A stretch of 64,000 bases of DNA, from IMG/VR virus record IMGVR_UViG_3300043418_000226. One strand, given 5' to 3'. Each line of letters opens with the position of its first letter. The stretch's first letter is position 1. Source of the stretch: a virus (taxonomy: Duplodnaviria > Heunggongvirae > Uroviricota > Caudoviricetes). This document shows positions 47,094 to 57,769 of the stretch, in pieces. The position numbers and the translations under genes were made by a program. The notes beneath the pieces are model-generated. The model saw nothing but the letters and a program-made list of their open reading frames with translations, had not been told where the DNA came from and made no database searches.

Positions 47094-48053
47094 GTTGGAC
47101 ATAGTGTCCAAGTTAATGTCCTAGTATATGAAGGGGACTCGAGAGAGTTCCCGCACCTACTATCAACCACAAGGGAGGAAACCGAAAGGGTTCCGACCGA
47201 CTCCATTTACATTATATCGGGTTTACTACACCGACTACATATAACATTTACTAAGGGGGATTTTATCCCCTTTTTTAATGCCGTAAAGGTACAAAAAATT
47301 AACCCTATTTTATTCCCGATTAAAGGTATATTAACGGTACTTTTATGTACCCGGTTTGTCGTGATCATTTTATATATCTAAAATTATCTTTTTTTATCCT
47401 GTTTTTGGGACCGGATATATACCACCCACAAATTAACACTTTCTACCACTTCGGTGGCAACACCGCCGGGATTGACCCTTTCGTGAATCAAAGACATATT
47501 ATTTAAAATTTCTGGGAATCCTATTATCTGTATACTATTATACGGTCGGAACTCTGTCGAGTCCCTCCCTTCAGGTTCCCCTTTGACCCCATTCTATATG
47601 GGATATAATAGATGATATGTAATACACCCTGTTCACCTGAAGGTCCGACCGAAGGGAGGACCGTATTACAGTCTTTTTATTATACAGGTTTCTGAGTTGT
47701 CCCGTAAAATGATACAACTGTAATACAAAGTTTACTGGGTTAAATAAATCCCAGTAATGTTTGACTCCATCTACAGTGTCACAGGTAATACATCACCTAA
47801 TTATAATATTTGTAACAAATGTCCCATTTCTTTACGAATTTCATAATCAAACCTCGGGGGTTCATTACGAATCTTCTAACAAAACCCCCATTATATTACA
47901 GTTCTTCTAATTGGTCTCCGACAGGACCGACCGCCAGGGAGGTCCGTAATGTATAGGTCATACACGGGCATAACAAAAAACCCCTCAGTGAAACACCGAA
48001 GGGTTTTTAACTACAACATGTAGAATGGTGGTCCTACATGGTATTGTCTTTAA
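47094..48053. other. Non-coding convergence zone with related hairpins
   Basis: ~960 bp without an ORF between plus- and minus-strand blocks; hairpins at 47133, 47173, 47544, 47642 and 47924. Confidence 0.65.
47974..48008 (-). terminator. Intrinsic terminator (possibly bidirectional)
   Basis: AAAAAACCC...GGGTTTTT hairpin. Confidence 0.6.
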
Positions 48054-48278
48054 TTACGCTCTTGACTTACGTAGTTCGTTACGGAAGGAGATCGCCTTTC
48101 TCTTGTTAGAGAAGTTCTTACTAATAACCTCACCTTTTACACTTACACGTACTCGGTAAGAATAACCATCATGGTAGATGTTAGAGGTAATTGGTACGTA
48201 TACAGTTACTGTAGTACGTTCAGTTGTTTGAGTCTGGTTCACCTTGGAGATAGACTTCTTTGTCAATTTTGTTGCCAT
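48054..48278 (-). CDS. Small basic protein, AP2-like DNA-binding domain
   Basis: NIY..GYSYRVRVSV.G....KNF....KAI.FR. Confidence 0.5.
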   Translation of the reverse strand: MATKLTKKSISKVNQTQTTERTTVTVYVPITSNIYHDGYSYRVRVSVKGEVISKNFSNKRKAISFRNELRKSRA

Positions 48279-48621
48279 AGTTCTTTTTTTTTATTGTGTA
48301 ATAATCTAATAATAAAGTATAACACTATTATTTGATAATACCAAATCCGTGGTGAAATATTTTTTTAGGTTGAAATCCCAGTAAACTTGTCCCCTGTGGT
48401 TCCTGAAGGTGAGATGGTAATATCCCAGTAAACTTATGAGTCCTGATCCCTTCCCTGATCAGTGGTCCCACTGTTGGTATACCTGTCGCCCCACTTCTTG
48501 GTCATGTAGTCATCGTACCTGTTAACCTTATTAGGGTTGTATAAGAAGATGGTGAAGTGATAATCCAAATAGAACTCGAGGTTCTTAAGGTGAGTCTTTA
48601 ATTGATTCATGTGTATATTGT

Positions 48622-48819
48622 TTAAAATGTTTTCAATGGTACAGGTACTTCAGGGATGTGACACCACCAGGTGATATCCTCCGCGTACTTGAGTTGACTC
48701 CCATCAACTATAGTTATTGCCATCTTCTCCTGTGAGGAGTTTATTTCTGAGTCGTATCTTAGTACTCTGATGTTAGGATTCGGTAATCCGTCCTTCACGT
48801 TAATCCATGTTGGTCCCAT
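48622..48819 (-). CDS. DUF551-like small protein
   Basis: WINVKDGLP...ITWWCHIP. Confidence 0.55.
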   Translation of the reverse strand: MGPTWINVKDGLPNPNIRVLRYDSEINSSQEKMAITIVDGSQLKYAEDITWWCHIPEVPVPLKTF

Positions 48820-49186
48820 GTTCTTTTACTATTTCAATTAGTTTATTAATACAACCGAGTTCTGCTTGTTCGTAAGAATAGTATTTTTCATCATTGGTAG
48901 TTATACTTCCATTTTTAAAATAATAGAACCATTCCTTAGCTTCATTCACAAATTGACTATTGTCTGGATAAATCTGAGCAAAATAACCTTTCTCTCTAAA
49001 CCATCTAAATGCTTGTGAGAATGTAGGGATTGCGCACTTTTTACCTGACATTATTATTGGTAATTTGTTAAAACAACTAGAGAATGTTATTTCTTCCTTA
49101 TAATTGTAATAAGAGAAACATTCTTTATCAAATCCTAATTCTTTTAATGCCAATGCTTGTTCGTAAGGAATGAATTCTTTTTCCAT
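48800..49186 (-). CDS. Conserved Bacteroidota-phage hypothetical protein
   Basis: FIPYEQALALKELGFD, PTFSQAFRWFREK and SYEQAE motifs. Confidence 0.7.
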   Translation of the reverse strand: MEKEFIPYEQALALKELGFDKECFSYYNYKEEITFSSCFNKLPIIMSGKKCAIPTFSQAFRWFREKGYFAQIYPDNSQFVNEAKEWFYYFKNGSITTNDEKYYSYEQAELGCINKLIEIVKEHGTNMD

Positions 49187-49246
49187 TTTATACGTTTTTT
49201 AAATTAATCCCAGTAATGTTTCGTCCCCTGATCCCTTCTGAGATGG

Positions 49247-49438
49247 TCATCCCTTCAGGATATCATTCAGTAAGTTCAGGTGGTTTTGAAGAATAATCTC
49301 TTCTTGGATTGGGGCAACCTGTTCTAAGGTTAATCCCCACTTCACCATCTCCCATGTCATACGGTCGGGTGATGTCCATACTTCGTAGGTCTTCTTGTCA
49401 CTTGACAATTGGACTCTTGTGTGCAATTTGTTTACCAT
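49247..49438 (-). CDS. Hypothetical protein
   Basis: 63 aa, own TACTTTTG promoter box at 49464-49471. Confidence 0.55.
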   Translation of the reverse strand: MVNKLHTRVQLSSDKKTYEVWTSPDRMTWEMVKWGLTLEQVAPIQEEIILQNHLNLLNDILKG

Positions 49439-49559
49439 GTCTATGATTTAATATTAATGAATACAAAAGTAGGGGGATTAATTCATCCCCCATATGAGTA
49501 TTAATACCCATTTTTATCTAAAAATATATTACACGACACATATGTAATACAGTTATTAC

Positions 49560-50513
49560 TTATACGGTGGTAAAGGTACGGACTTCTTTCTTAGACTCCA
49601 AACGTTCACCCCAATTTAAATGACTCAAGATATGAGTGATGACATCAACCGTCCATCCATTACCCAACATTTTGTAACGTGCCGTGTTACTAACACCCTC
49701 AACATTGGTGTATCCCACACTGACTGTCTGTAACATCTCTGATTCGGCAACGGTAACCTTTCTCACAGTTCCGTCAGGGAATTGTACCAGGTTGGTTGAA
49801 TTGGGACTGGTCACCAAACAGTTTGATTTACCGTCCCGTCTTACAGTGAAGGTTTGGATGTACTTGATAAGGTTTTCTCTTCTCTCAAGTTCTTTATCCT
49901 TCACCCCACGTTTTCCCGCTCCCTTACCACCATTGGTGATACTATCAAATGTAATACCCTTATCTTCAGGTTTGGTTACATTAGGGATGTTCGTCCAATA
50001 TAGTCTGTCGCGGTTCTGACCTGATACCAAGTTTGAATTGATGTGGATAGGTTTCACCCCTAACACTTCACTGATGAGGTTCTCCCACTTCTTTGACATC
50101 AATACATTCTCCAATAAGAAGTACTTCGCCTTTGATTCTTTCACCACACGGACAAACTCCCAAAACAAATATGATTGTCCCTCGAATTCAAATCCCTCCT
50201 TCTTTAACTTCAAATACTGCTTCAAGGTAGTAATCTCAATGTTGGTTGTTGTAACCATACCTTTACGTTTCCCTGCGAATGAGAATGATTGACATGGTGA
50301 ACCACCTGTTACCAAGAATACTTCTTCGATATGTCTAACCTTAAAATTACGTACGTCACCCACCTGAATGGTATTGGGGAAGTTGTGTTGGGTCACCTTG
50401 ATTGGACCTTTCTCGATTTCACTGGCCATGTACTCATAATCCTTAACTCCTAATCGGTTAAGTGCAATTTGACAACATGACATCCCGTCGAATAATGATA
50501 TTACTTTTCTCAT
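49560..50513 (-). CDS. DNA (cytosine-5) methyltransferase
   Basis: SLFDG, GGSPCQSFS, LLENV, QNRDRLYW and LGNGW motifs. Confidence 0.92.
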   Translation of the reverse strand: MRKVISLFDGMSCCQIALNRLGVKDYEYMASEIEKGPIKVTQHNFPNTIQVGDVRNFKVRHIEEVFLVTGGSPCQSFSFAGKRKGMVTTTNIEITTLKQYLKLKKEGFEFEGQSYLFWEFVRVVKESKAKYFLLENVLMSKKWENLISEVLGVKPIHINSNLVSGQNRDRLYWTNIPNVTKPEDKGITFDSITNGGKGAGKRGVKDKELERRENLIKYIQTFTVRRDGKSNCLVTSPNSTNLVQFPDGTVRKVTVAESEMLQTVSVGYTNVEGVSNTARYKMLGNGWTVDVITHILSHLNWGERLESKKEVRTFTTV

Positions 50514-50515
50514 GA

Positions 50516-50998
50516 TTATAATGTATTTTTTAATTGATTTACGTTTTCTTTAATTTCTAACTCCATTGCTGTTAACAACTTTTGTTTTGCCAACTCCATA
50601 ACCTCGGGAGTATTGGACAGTACATTTAGGTCTGACCCTAAGAATTCAGATTTACCTACGATGACACGAATGTCTTTGGTACCCTTACCTTCTCTATAGA
50701 ATAAGGTTCTTGCGTAGATGTATTCATTTCTCACCAAAGATAACTTAATTTCTTCATTAATCATCTCTTTCGAACGAAGTTGCATAATAACCTCCTCTAA
50801 TTTCGCCAAGGTTTCGAAGTTTGACTTCATCATACGTATGAAATCTTTATACCTGTCACAGTACTTAAGTAACTCATCTGTGTGTGGAATATTTAAATCC
50901 ACATTCACATTTAAGAACCTGTCATACGCACTAATCCTATCCTGTGTCCCAACGATATCCGTGAACACTCCACCCGTTAAACGATTCTCTCTTGCCAT
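50516..50998 (-). CDS. Hypothetical protein
   Basis: 160 aa ORF. Confidence 0.6.
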   Translation of the reverse strand: MARENRLTGGVFTDIVGTQDRISAYDRFLNVNVDLNIPHTDELLKYCDRYKDFIRMMKSNFETLAKLEEVIMQLRSKEMINEEIKLSLVRNEYIYARTLFYREGKGTKDIRVIVGKSEFLGSDLNVLSNTPEVMELAKQKLLTAMELEIKENVNQLKNTL

Positions 50999-51069
50999 TC
51001 TATTTTATTTTAATATTAATTAATCCCAGTAAATAAATCCCCATCCTGAGATGGGGACTCACCTTCTAT

Positions 51070-51768
51070 CTATTCTTGTTCTTCTTTCGCTGTGTTGAAT
51101 TGTTCAATTAGATTCCCTCTGTCCTCATCGGATACAAAGGTAAAGTCACTTAGGAACTCCTCAAGGTCTTGGTCTTCCAAATATTCCAATCGGGAATCAA
51201 CCTCGTACCAAAATTGTTCATTGTCCAATTCATATAATCCCTCAAGGTAATCGTCATATGATTCACTATCGGTTTGTTCACCATTGTCATACGTTTCCTT
51301 ACCAACGAATCCAACTCCACCCTCTTCATAAAAGATGTCCACTACTACGTTGAACTTCTTTGATAATCTCTGACAGAATTCACTCGGTGGAGCCCACGCT
51401 GTGGATGGTGTAAATGAGATGTACTCCTCACTGATATCCTGTGCGTTTGCTTCGGAGAAATCGAAGTCCCACTTAGTTCCGTAGAATGATGTTTGTGGAT
51501 TCAAAAGATAGTTCCCTGACTCCTCAATTTGTTTGTACTCCTCATCGTGTGGGATAAGAGTGTTCATTACCAAAATCTCAGGTCTCTCGAGTCCCTCAAT
51601 AGGTGAACCATAAGTTAGACCAGCATCAGGATTATTCTTACGATACTCTGCGTGTTTCGTGTAATACTCGTTGATGATTTTATCTGACTCCGTAAAGAAG
51701 TCAAAGATTGGTTTCATATTCTCTTTAGAACCTGAAATTTCAATGTGATTGTTACACCAGTTTGGCAT
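51070..51768 (-). CDS. DUF1281/YubB ferredoxin-like domain protein
   Basis: MPNWCNN, YGTKWD, TAWAPP and YEEGG..FVG motifs. Confidence 0.75.
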   Translation of the reverse strand: MPNWCNNHIEISGSKENMKPIFDFFTESDKIINEYYTKHAEYRKNNPDAGLTYGSPIEGLERPEILVMNTLIPHDEEYKQIEESGNYLLNPQTSFYGTKWDFDFSEANAQDISEEYISFTPSTAWAPPSEFCQRLSKKFNVVVDIFYEEGGVGFVGKETYDNGEQTDSESYDDYLEGLYELDNEQFWYEVDSRLEYLEDQDLEEFLSDFTFVSDEDRGNLIEQFNTAKEEQE

Positions 51769-51850
51769 GATTTCTATGTTTTAAGTTTACATTACAAAGA
51801 TAATAAGAGGATACCATTATACCAAATAATATCCTCATTATTTTATTATA

Positions 51851-52408
51851 CTACCAAGAAGCTTGATAATAGTAGTCTCCTGACCATTCTGGGTCTTCAA
51901 CTTTCAAGTCTTCCAAGAATTTGATGGTTCTTTCCACCTCATCTTTGTAATACTCATCGTATTCAGTTCCACCGAAAAAGAAACCTGATGTTGTTGGGAA
52001 CAAATCTTCAATTGTATCCTCATCAATATCGTAAACTTCTTCCTCTTCCATCATCTTCTCACCATTCGACCAACCAGTTTGAACCTCAACCTTTTTCTTC
52101 GGTGCCGTTTCCAACACTTCTCTAACTTTCAATAGGGTTTGTAATAGTTCTTCCATTTGTTCACTATTAACATAACTCTCTTGACATCTATCTTCTCCAT
52201 CCTGTGTGTTCCGAACAAACCAGTTGTGAAGTGCGTTGAACTTTCTCCAATACCCAATCTCTTCAACTACGTATGACACACGTTCAGGTTTGATTGCTGT
52301 GAACTTCTTTGTTCCTCTCTTCACACTTACAGTGAATTGGTCTTTAGGTTGATTGTGTGACCATTGTTTTACGTATGTCTTTTTTGACATGTACATATCT
52401 AATCCCAT
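51851..52408 (-). CDS. Conserved phage hypothetical protein (MGLDMY family)
   Basis: MGLDMY, YWRKFNALHNWF, GFFFGGTEYDE and YQASW motifs. Confidence 0.75.
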   Translation of the reverse strand: MGLDMYMSKKTYVKQWSHNQPKDQFTVSVKRGTKKFTAIKPERVSYVVEEIGYWRKFNALHNWFVRNTQDGEDRCQESYVNSEQMEELLQTLLKVREVLETAPKKKVEVQTGWSNGEKMMEEEEVYDIDEDTIEDLFPTTSGFFFGGTEYDEYYKDEVERTIKFLEDLKVEDPEWSGDYYYQASW

Positions 52409-52472
52409 AATGTTATTGATTTAATGATTTATAATGATACAAAGGTAATAGTTTTATACTAATCTACCAAAT

Positions 52473-52844
52473 TTATTTTAAAAATAATTTACTATCTACT
52501 GAAAATAATTCTTTCACGTTCTCATCATCCATATTCTTGCCGTCCATATTCCAATATGGTAACTCACGTGGATTGTATTTGATTCGTGTATTACTTTCGG
52601 TTTGAAAGTCTTCGGTGATGATTTTAACCTCATCACAAAGAACCCAAGCACATACCACTTTGGTGGTAATCCCAGTAAAGATTTTCTGTGCCGCTGTTCT
52701 ACTGTTCTTCAGTGTACAACCTGTCATAATAATCTGTACTTCGGCAGGGTTGTAATACGCAACCCTACCATCATTGTACATTACCTTCCATTTCATGTAG
52801 TTCTCACCACGTGAAAGGTTAAACCTTACTTTATGTCTTTTCAT
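52473..52844 (-). CDS. Hypothetical protein
   Basis: VCAWV, IKYNP motifs. Confidence 0.6.
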   Translation of the reverse strand: MKRHKVRFNLSRGENYMKWKVMYNDGRVAYYNPAEVQIIMTGCTLKNSRTAAQKIFTGITTKVVCAWVLCDEVKIITEDFQTESNTRIKYNPRELPYWNMDGKNMDDENVKELFSVDSKLFLK

Positions 52845-52993
52845 CTTAATAGGTTAAATGTTCGACAGCCTTCTCACCAATACTAATTCCGTTCTCGGTG
52901 ATGTAACAGTTCGGGTCTATACCCGAAACTATCACATCATCTATTAATTCTACTAAAGAGTTAAACTCCTTTGTGTAATACGGTAAATCTAAA

Positions 52994-53467
52994 CTATACA
53001 TCAGCTTCCACTTCTGAAAATTTCTTAATGAAATCTTCGGGTGAACCTTGAAACAATTTTTTAAATCTTACCGACTTACCACCATAACCTCCACCCACTT
53101 CATAACAAATGTATTCAATAGTTTTGTCTACCTTAACAATAATGTCGTAGGTATAGTTTTCCCAACAATGACCTCTATGTGACATTGGGTGTATGTAATA
53201 CCCTCCTACTCCGTCCTTAAATTTCGCCACAAGCTGAGCCGCAAGACAACCTGCTCCGTTGAATTGTAAAGTTTCTTCATCTGGTCTAAATCCACTAACA
53301 ACCTTTCCACTCGCCAACCATTGTGCCGTTTCCATTGGATGTCCTTCGGGATAACCATCGAACTGTGCGTACAATAGGACTAATTTGTTTTGACCTTTTT
53401 TGACTTTCGCTTCTTCTCTGTCGTCCGTCCATTCTTCGATAACTCGATACGTGCTTCTTGTTCCCAT
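52994..53467 (-). CDS. Conserved phage hypothetical protein (MGTRS family)
   Basis: MGTRS, QFDGYP.G and NGAGCLAAQLVA.FK motifs. Confidence 0.7.
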   Translation of the reverse strand: MGTRSTYRVIEEWTDDREEAKVKKGQNKLVLLYAQFDGYPEGHPMETAQWLASGKVVSGFRPDEETLQFNGAGCLAAQLVAKFKDGVGGYYIHPMSHRGHCWENYTYDIIVKVDKTIEYICYEVGGGYGGKSVRFKKLFQGSPEDFIKKFSEVEADV

Positions 53468-53524
53468 GATAATAATTTTTGTGTTAGTGATTAATTCTTG
53501 TACAAAGATATAATAAGTTTTTTA

Positions 53525-53770
53525 TTATACCAAATTTAATTGTGTTAATTTTTGTAATTCGTATAAAGAAAACCAAATGTGGTCGTCCAAGTCATAATCA
53601 TTCTCTTTACAGAATGAATACAAATCGTCATCGGTTAAATCTGAAACGTCCTTATCTAAGTCCGTTGCAATTGTTTCCTCCAAATGGTCTCTCTCATCGT
53701 CAATAGAATATTCTACAACTTTTTCTATTGCTCTTAACTGTACCTGTGTTATTCTAATTTCTTTGCTCAT
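53525..53770 (-). CDS. Hypothetical acidic protein
   Basis: 81 aa ORF. Confidence 0.55.
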   Translation of the reverse strand: MSKEIRITQVQLRAIEKVVEYSIDDERDHLEETIATDLDKDVSDLTDDDLYSFCKENDYDLDDHIWFSLYELQKLTQLNLV

Positions 53771-54030
53771 AATATGTCTTGAATTAAAGTTGGTCTATAT
53801 AAATCTATTTGTTCTAACGTTGCAAATGAAACTTCACTCTCACTACACATTCCCCACATATCGGTTCTCACATCTCCATCATCAAAGGTTTGAATAACCA
53901 CACCGATTTCCGGTTCTTGGTTCTCACCTGTGTACTCCTTATAAAGGATATCCCCTAATTGATACCTGTTCGGATTAACTTCGTTCTCATAATCGAACTT
54001 TCTAAATTTGTTGTGGTCTGTTACTCTCAT
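53767..54030 (-). CDS. Hypothetical protein
   Basis: Start moved to ATG 54030, downstream of the promoter. Confidence 0.6.
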   Translation of the reverse strand: MRVTDHNKFRKFDYENEVNPNRYQLGDILYKEYTGENQEPEIGVVIQTFDDGDVRTDMWGMCSESEVSFATLEQIDLYRPTLIQDIL

Positions 54031-54114
54031 AGTATTTTGATTTTGATGGTACAAAGATATAACACTATTTCTATTCCACCAAATTTTATTTAAGTTTTTT
54101 TTAAATTATTTTTC

Positions 54115-54224
54115 TGCCCTGATCCAGTCATCACCTTCAGGGTAAGTTTACTGGGACGTATGACAGGTGATTGAAATCCCAGTAAAGTTCTACCCCTTCA
54201 ACAGTGTGACAGTAATCCGAGCAT
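54115..54224. repeat. Palindromic intergenic element E1
   Basis: TTACTGG(54148)-N24-CCAGTAA; 30 nt block identical to 60962-60991. Confidence 0.8.
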
Positions 54225-54270
54225 AAAAAAACCCCGACTTTCGCCGAGGTTCATTATTAACATCTGTATA

Positions 54271-55032
54271 CTATAGTTGTATGACAAACTTATTGGTGGT
54301 CTCTAATTTGTTTCGAACACGTTTGAACTTCAAACCTATAATACTTTGTTTGTCATCCTTATATCTCATGTCGTAATCATCTCCAAAGATAACGGGATAG
54401 TTCATATAAGTTTCGGGTACTTTGTTAAATACCATTGCAACCCTCACATTATTTTTCAACATCGTAATACAATCATCCATATTGTGACCGCTGTAAGAAA
54501 ATGTCAAATCATAATTAGGGTACTTCTTAACAATCTCTAATCGATTCGGTACTTTTGTATAGTCATAGAATTGAACATCGGGAAACATCTCTAAAATGTT
54601 TTTCTTGGTTCCGTTGTCATCAAGATAAAATTGTAAAGGGGATAAGTCAGACGTATTATTCAGACGTACACTAAAACGAGCTCCCTCACGTTCAGCTTTG
54701 ATTCGTGCGTCCTTAATCTCATCTACCATCCATCTTACAAAAAATTCTCTATCTTCAAAGAATAGTTTCGTTTTGGTGATTCGTGAATTGTTAATCGTGT
54801 TTTTCTTGGTATCCATCTTGTTACGACCCGATTCGTTTAAACACATAAGTGTACACTCTTGTGTTCTCATAGGACAAACCTCATACCCTGAAGATTTTGC
54901 AGGTGCAAGATAAATTGTGTACGTGTGTTCGTTGTACTTATACGCCTTCTCATGTTTGGTCGAGTTGTTAACCATACCCAAATAACTTAATCCGGTACTT
55001 TTTTTCGCTTGAGCTTTTGACTTGTAAATCAT
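54271..55032 (-). CDS. Gp88-like phage protein
   Basis: VCP...C...CLN.SG, VRLNNTSDL, FYDYTK, YDLTFS and GD..DMR motifs. Confidence 0.7.
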   Translation of the reverse strand: MIYKSKAQAKKSTGLSYLGMVNNSTKHEKAYKYNEHTYTIYLAPAKSSGYEVCPMRTQECTLMCLNESGRNKMDTKKNTINNSRITKTKLFFEDREFFVRWMVDEIKDARIKAEREGARFSVRLNNTSDLSPLQFYLDDNGTKKNILEMFPDVQFYDYTKVPNRLEIVKKYPNYDLTFSYSGHNMDDCITMLKNNVRVAMVFNKVPETYMNYPVIFGDDYDMRYKDDKQSIIGLKFKRVRNKLETTNKFVIQL

Positions 55033-55119
55033 AATGTTGTTTTTGCGTTAATGATGGTACAAAGATATAACAATATTTCTATTATACAAAATTATTTAAA
55101 GTTTTTTTTAATTATTTTC

Positions 55120-55334
55120 TTGAGTCAAGATTCCCATCTCAGGTCCACGGGATTACAATACATTACTGGTATTTCACTGAAGGGTGATCATGCCGATCCT
55201 GAGATGTTAAATATTACTGGTATATCCCAGTAAAGTTACCTGATGGGGATCAGTGCAGATCAGGTTCTGAGATGGGAATAATCCCAGTAAATAAACAGAA
55301 GACTTTTGCCGGCGTCTTCCTGAGTTAAGCGCAC
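55120..55334. repeat. Palindromic intergenic element E2
   Basis: TTACTGG x2, CCAGTAA x2; 13 bp inverted repeat ATTCCCATCTCAG/CTGAGATGGGAAT; 28 nt block identical to 59949-59976. Confidence 0.8.
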
Positions 55335-55388
55335 AAAAAAGGGTCATCTTTCGACAACCCCCTTTTCACATTAACACTATTCACTTAA

Positions 55389-55616
55389 TTATTCATCTAC
55401 TCGTCTGTGTCCTTCCATATCTCCAAAGATTCCAATTGATAACCAAATCTGTTCCATTGTTGCTTCATTGGTTAAAGATTGCTCCAATACTTCTTGAGCT
55501 TCCTCATCTGTTACAATGAACTTTGACTTAACGTCCTCAACACTCCATAAGTTATCTGTGAAAAATCCTCTCTTTGATAACTCAGCTTTTAATTCTTCGT
55601 TTGTGTAGTTTTCCAT
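55389..55616 (-). CDS. Hypothetical protein
   Basis: WSVEDV...TDEEAQEVL. Confidence 0.6.
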   Translation of the reverse strand: MENYTNEELKAELSKRGFFTDNLWSVEDVKSKFIVTDEEAQEVLEQSLTNEATMEQIWLSIGIFGDMEGHRRVDE

Positions 55617-55918
55617 TAGTTTGATATTCTTTTTTCGGTTTGTAATTGTTCAGCTTCCCAAATGTCCGCTAACATTAATATCTCCTGTAATACGTCCTCA
55701 CTCAAATCTTCGTAACTGATATAATCTTCATCTGTTTCCGTATCATTAACATATAACACGGCAGTTACTTTATGTTCTCCAAATTGTTCTGCCAATAAGT
55801 GTGTATTACCTAACGATTGAATAACGGGACTACTGTTAGCTTCAACATCTGCGGTTGTAAATTCTCCAAACTTTACCACAATCTTTTGAATGTGATTAAT
55901 AATTTCTGTCTTTTCCAT
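55616..55918 (-). CDS. Hypothetical acidic protein
   Basis: 100 aa ORF. Confidence 0.6.
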   Translation of the reverse strand: MEKTEIINHIQKIVVKFGEFTTADVEANSSPVIQSLGNTHLLAEQFGEHKVTAVLYVNDTETDEDYISYEDLSEDVLQEILMLADIWEAEQLQTEKRISN

Positions 55919-55921
55919 AAC

Positions 55922-56182
55922 TTATTTTGATATTGTATTATGCCAAATTACATTTCCCTCATCATCAAAGATTTCTTCCGTTGGTTCTCCACCATTATCT
56001 TCGGGTGTCAAAGGTTCTTGTGCATCCATTGTTTCTTCCCAACCGATACTTGATGTATTACCTTGATTATGGAATTCGATTGCTTTCTTCTTTGCTTCCT
56101 CATAGTTGTCAGCTTCGATTTCATATTCGGTTTCCATCCAGGTTGTTACTTTTTGTTGTAACGAAAAATTAAATGTTCCCAT
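55922..56182 (-). CDS. Hypothetical acidic protein
   Basis: EIEADNYEEA motif. Confidence 0.6.
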   Translation of the reverse strand: MGTFNFSLQQKVTTWMETEYEIEADNYEEAKKKAIEFHNQGNTSSIGWEETMDAQEPLTPEDNGGEPTEEIFDDEGNVIWHNTISK

Positions 56183-56185
56183 AAT

Positions 56186-56404
56186 CTATATTACTTTAAA
56201 ATCACAATATTGTTCCAAATCTTTTAACTCTAATACTCCAAATCTACTTGAACTATAATAACCTTGTTGAACATAACGTTGTTTCCACCTCTCAAAAGCT
56301 TCGATTGCTTTCTTCTTACTTCTGTAATACGGGTTCTGAAATTCGATTGTAAATCCGTCAGGGGAAATTACTTGATACTTTTTGGTTGGATATTTCTTTT
56401 CCAT
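56186..56404 (-). CDS. Hypothetical protein
   Basis: SPDGF, QGYYSS motifs. Confidence 0.6.
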   Translation of the reverse strand: MEKKYPTKKYQVISPDGFTIEFQNPYYRSKKKAIEAFERWKQRYVQQGYYSSSRFGVLELKDLEQYCDFKVI

Positions 56405-56466
56405 TTGATGATGTGTTTAAATTCTGTACAAAGATATAACTTTTATTCTATTATACAAATTTATTT

Positions 56467-56679
56467 TTAATAATTTCTACTTAACCATTCGTCAATACCA
56501 CTCTCAAATTTCTGTATATCTTCTTCCTCATCTGATTCGTCAGGAATATTATTGCCCCAAACTTCGCCGACGTGTTCTCCATCAACGGAAACGTCAATAC
56601 CGTCCCTACCACTATCAGTATCAAAAAAATACTTACATTCTACTTCCCCGTAATCACTTAAATACACATGCTTTTTCAT
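56467..56679 (-). CDS. Hypothetical acidic protein
   Basis: 70 aa ORF. Confidence 0.55.
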   Translation of the reverse strand: MKKHVYLSDYGEVECKYFFDTDSGRDGIDVSVDGEHVGEVWGNNIPDESDEEEDIQKFESGIDEWLSRNY

Positions 56680-56846
56680 AATAAGTTTTTTTAAAAAGAT
56701 TTCAAGGGTCGGTGTAATACCTGAACACTAATTTAGTTATCTTCCCAACCCTATCGTCTTATGAATGAAATATGTTAACTAAGGTTATAATAATTGCTGA
56801 GAATAATAACCCACCAATAAACCCCAACCATATATAAGTTTCTTTT

Positions 56847-57224
56847 TTACTCATCTTTGTAAATTTTATGATAAGGTTCATCAATCACAAAGTCGTGTCC
56901 GTTATCTTCTCCCCAGCCTTGGTCAGGGTCACCCTCACTTTGTGTCGTTGGTATTGTACCGTTGAAGTGACATTCTAATACTGCTGCAATTCCGTCCCCG
57001 TCCTTACCATTGAACATTGAATCAACAATCTCTCCCCAATCTTTCTTCCACTCAAAAGAACCACCTTGTCCGTCGAACACTCTACCATAAGAATCGTAGT
57101 GTCCTTTCATCTCCTCAATAACTTTCCCATTCTCCAATAGGTACAATCTAACTGCGTCCCCGTCAAAAGAACTCGACGCCACCGGTAATCCACTTTCTTT
57201 ACAAATAAAACTAAAACAACCCAT
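56847..57224 (-). CDS. Conserved phage hypothetical protein
   Basis: MGCFSF, YDSYGRV and DPDQGWG motifs. Confidence 0.65.
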   Translation of the reverse strand: MGCFSFICKESGLPVASSSFDGDAVRLYLLENGKVIEEMKGHYDSYGRVFDGQGGSFEWKKDWGEIVDSMFNGKDGDGIAAVLECHFNGTIPTTQSEGDPDQGWGEDNGHDFVIDEPYHKIYKDE

Positions 57225-57470
57225 ATCTTTATTTTTTAAATTTACGATTAATTTCTGAGCAAAGATATAACACTTTTTGTATTATACCAAATTTTCTTGT
57301 CCAAAGTTTGAAAGTTTTTTTATCTTCCACACTCATTGATTCTCTCATTAACTTGGATAACTTATTGTAAGGAACCCCACTACTAATGTCGTAACCACCT
57401 TTTTGATACGCCGCGTAAACTATTTTAGTTCTTGTGTCGATAACACTCGCGATTGATTTTAATTGTACTA

Positions 57471-57689
57471 TCATAATACAATGTTTAATTTACATTCGTC
57501 GATAACTTTTTGAATTTCAATTTTGGTGTAATCTGTAATTAATAGATTAGATATACTCCATAACTTTCCGTTATCTGTTAATCCATATACGTTACCACCC
57601 TCTAACGTTATTCTCCAATATGGACTATCCTCATATCCGTTATAAGTGTTTTCAGTCCAACATTCTCTTTCTATTTTATATCTTCCCAT
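57471..57689 (-). CDS. Hypothetical protein
   Basis: Start moved to ATG 57689. Confidence 0.55.
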   Translation of the reverse strand: MGRYKIERECWTENTYNGYEDSPYWRITLEGGNVYGLTDNGKLWSISNLLITDYTKIEIQKVIDECKLNIVL

Positions 57690-57769
57690 AGTGTTTGTTT
57701 TTTGATAGGTCAAAGATATAACATTAATATCATTCTGCCAAACAAATATTAATCTATTTTAAATTATTT

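Noticed and set aside
57229-57474. 81 aa minus-strand ORF as given
   Set aside because: Its 3' part runs through the next promoter (57260-57292); it may be real, but the boundaries are too uncertain to list.
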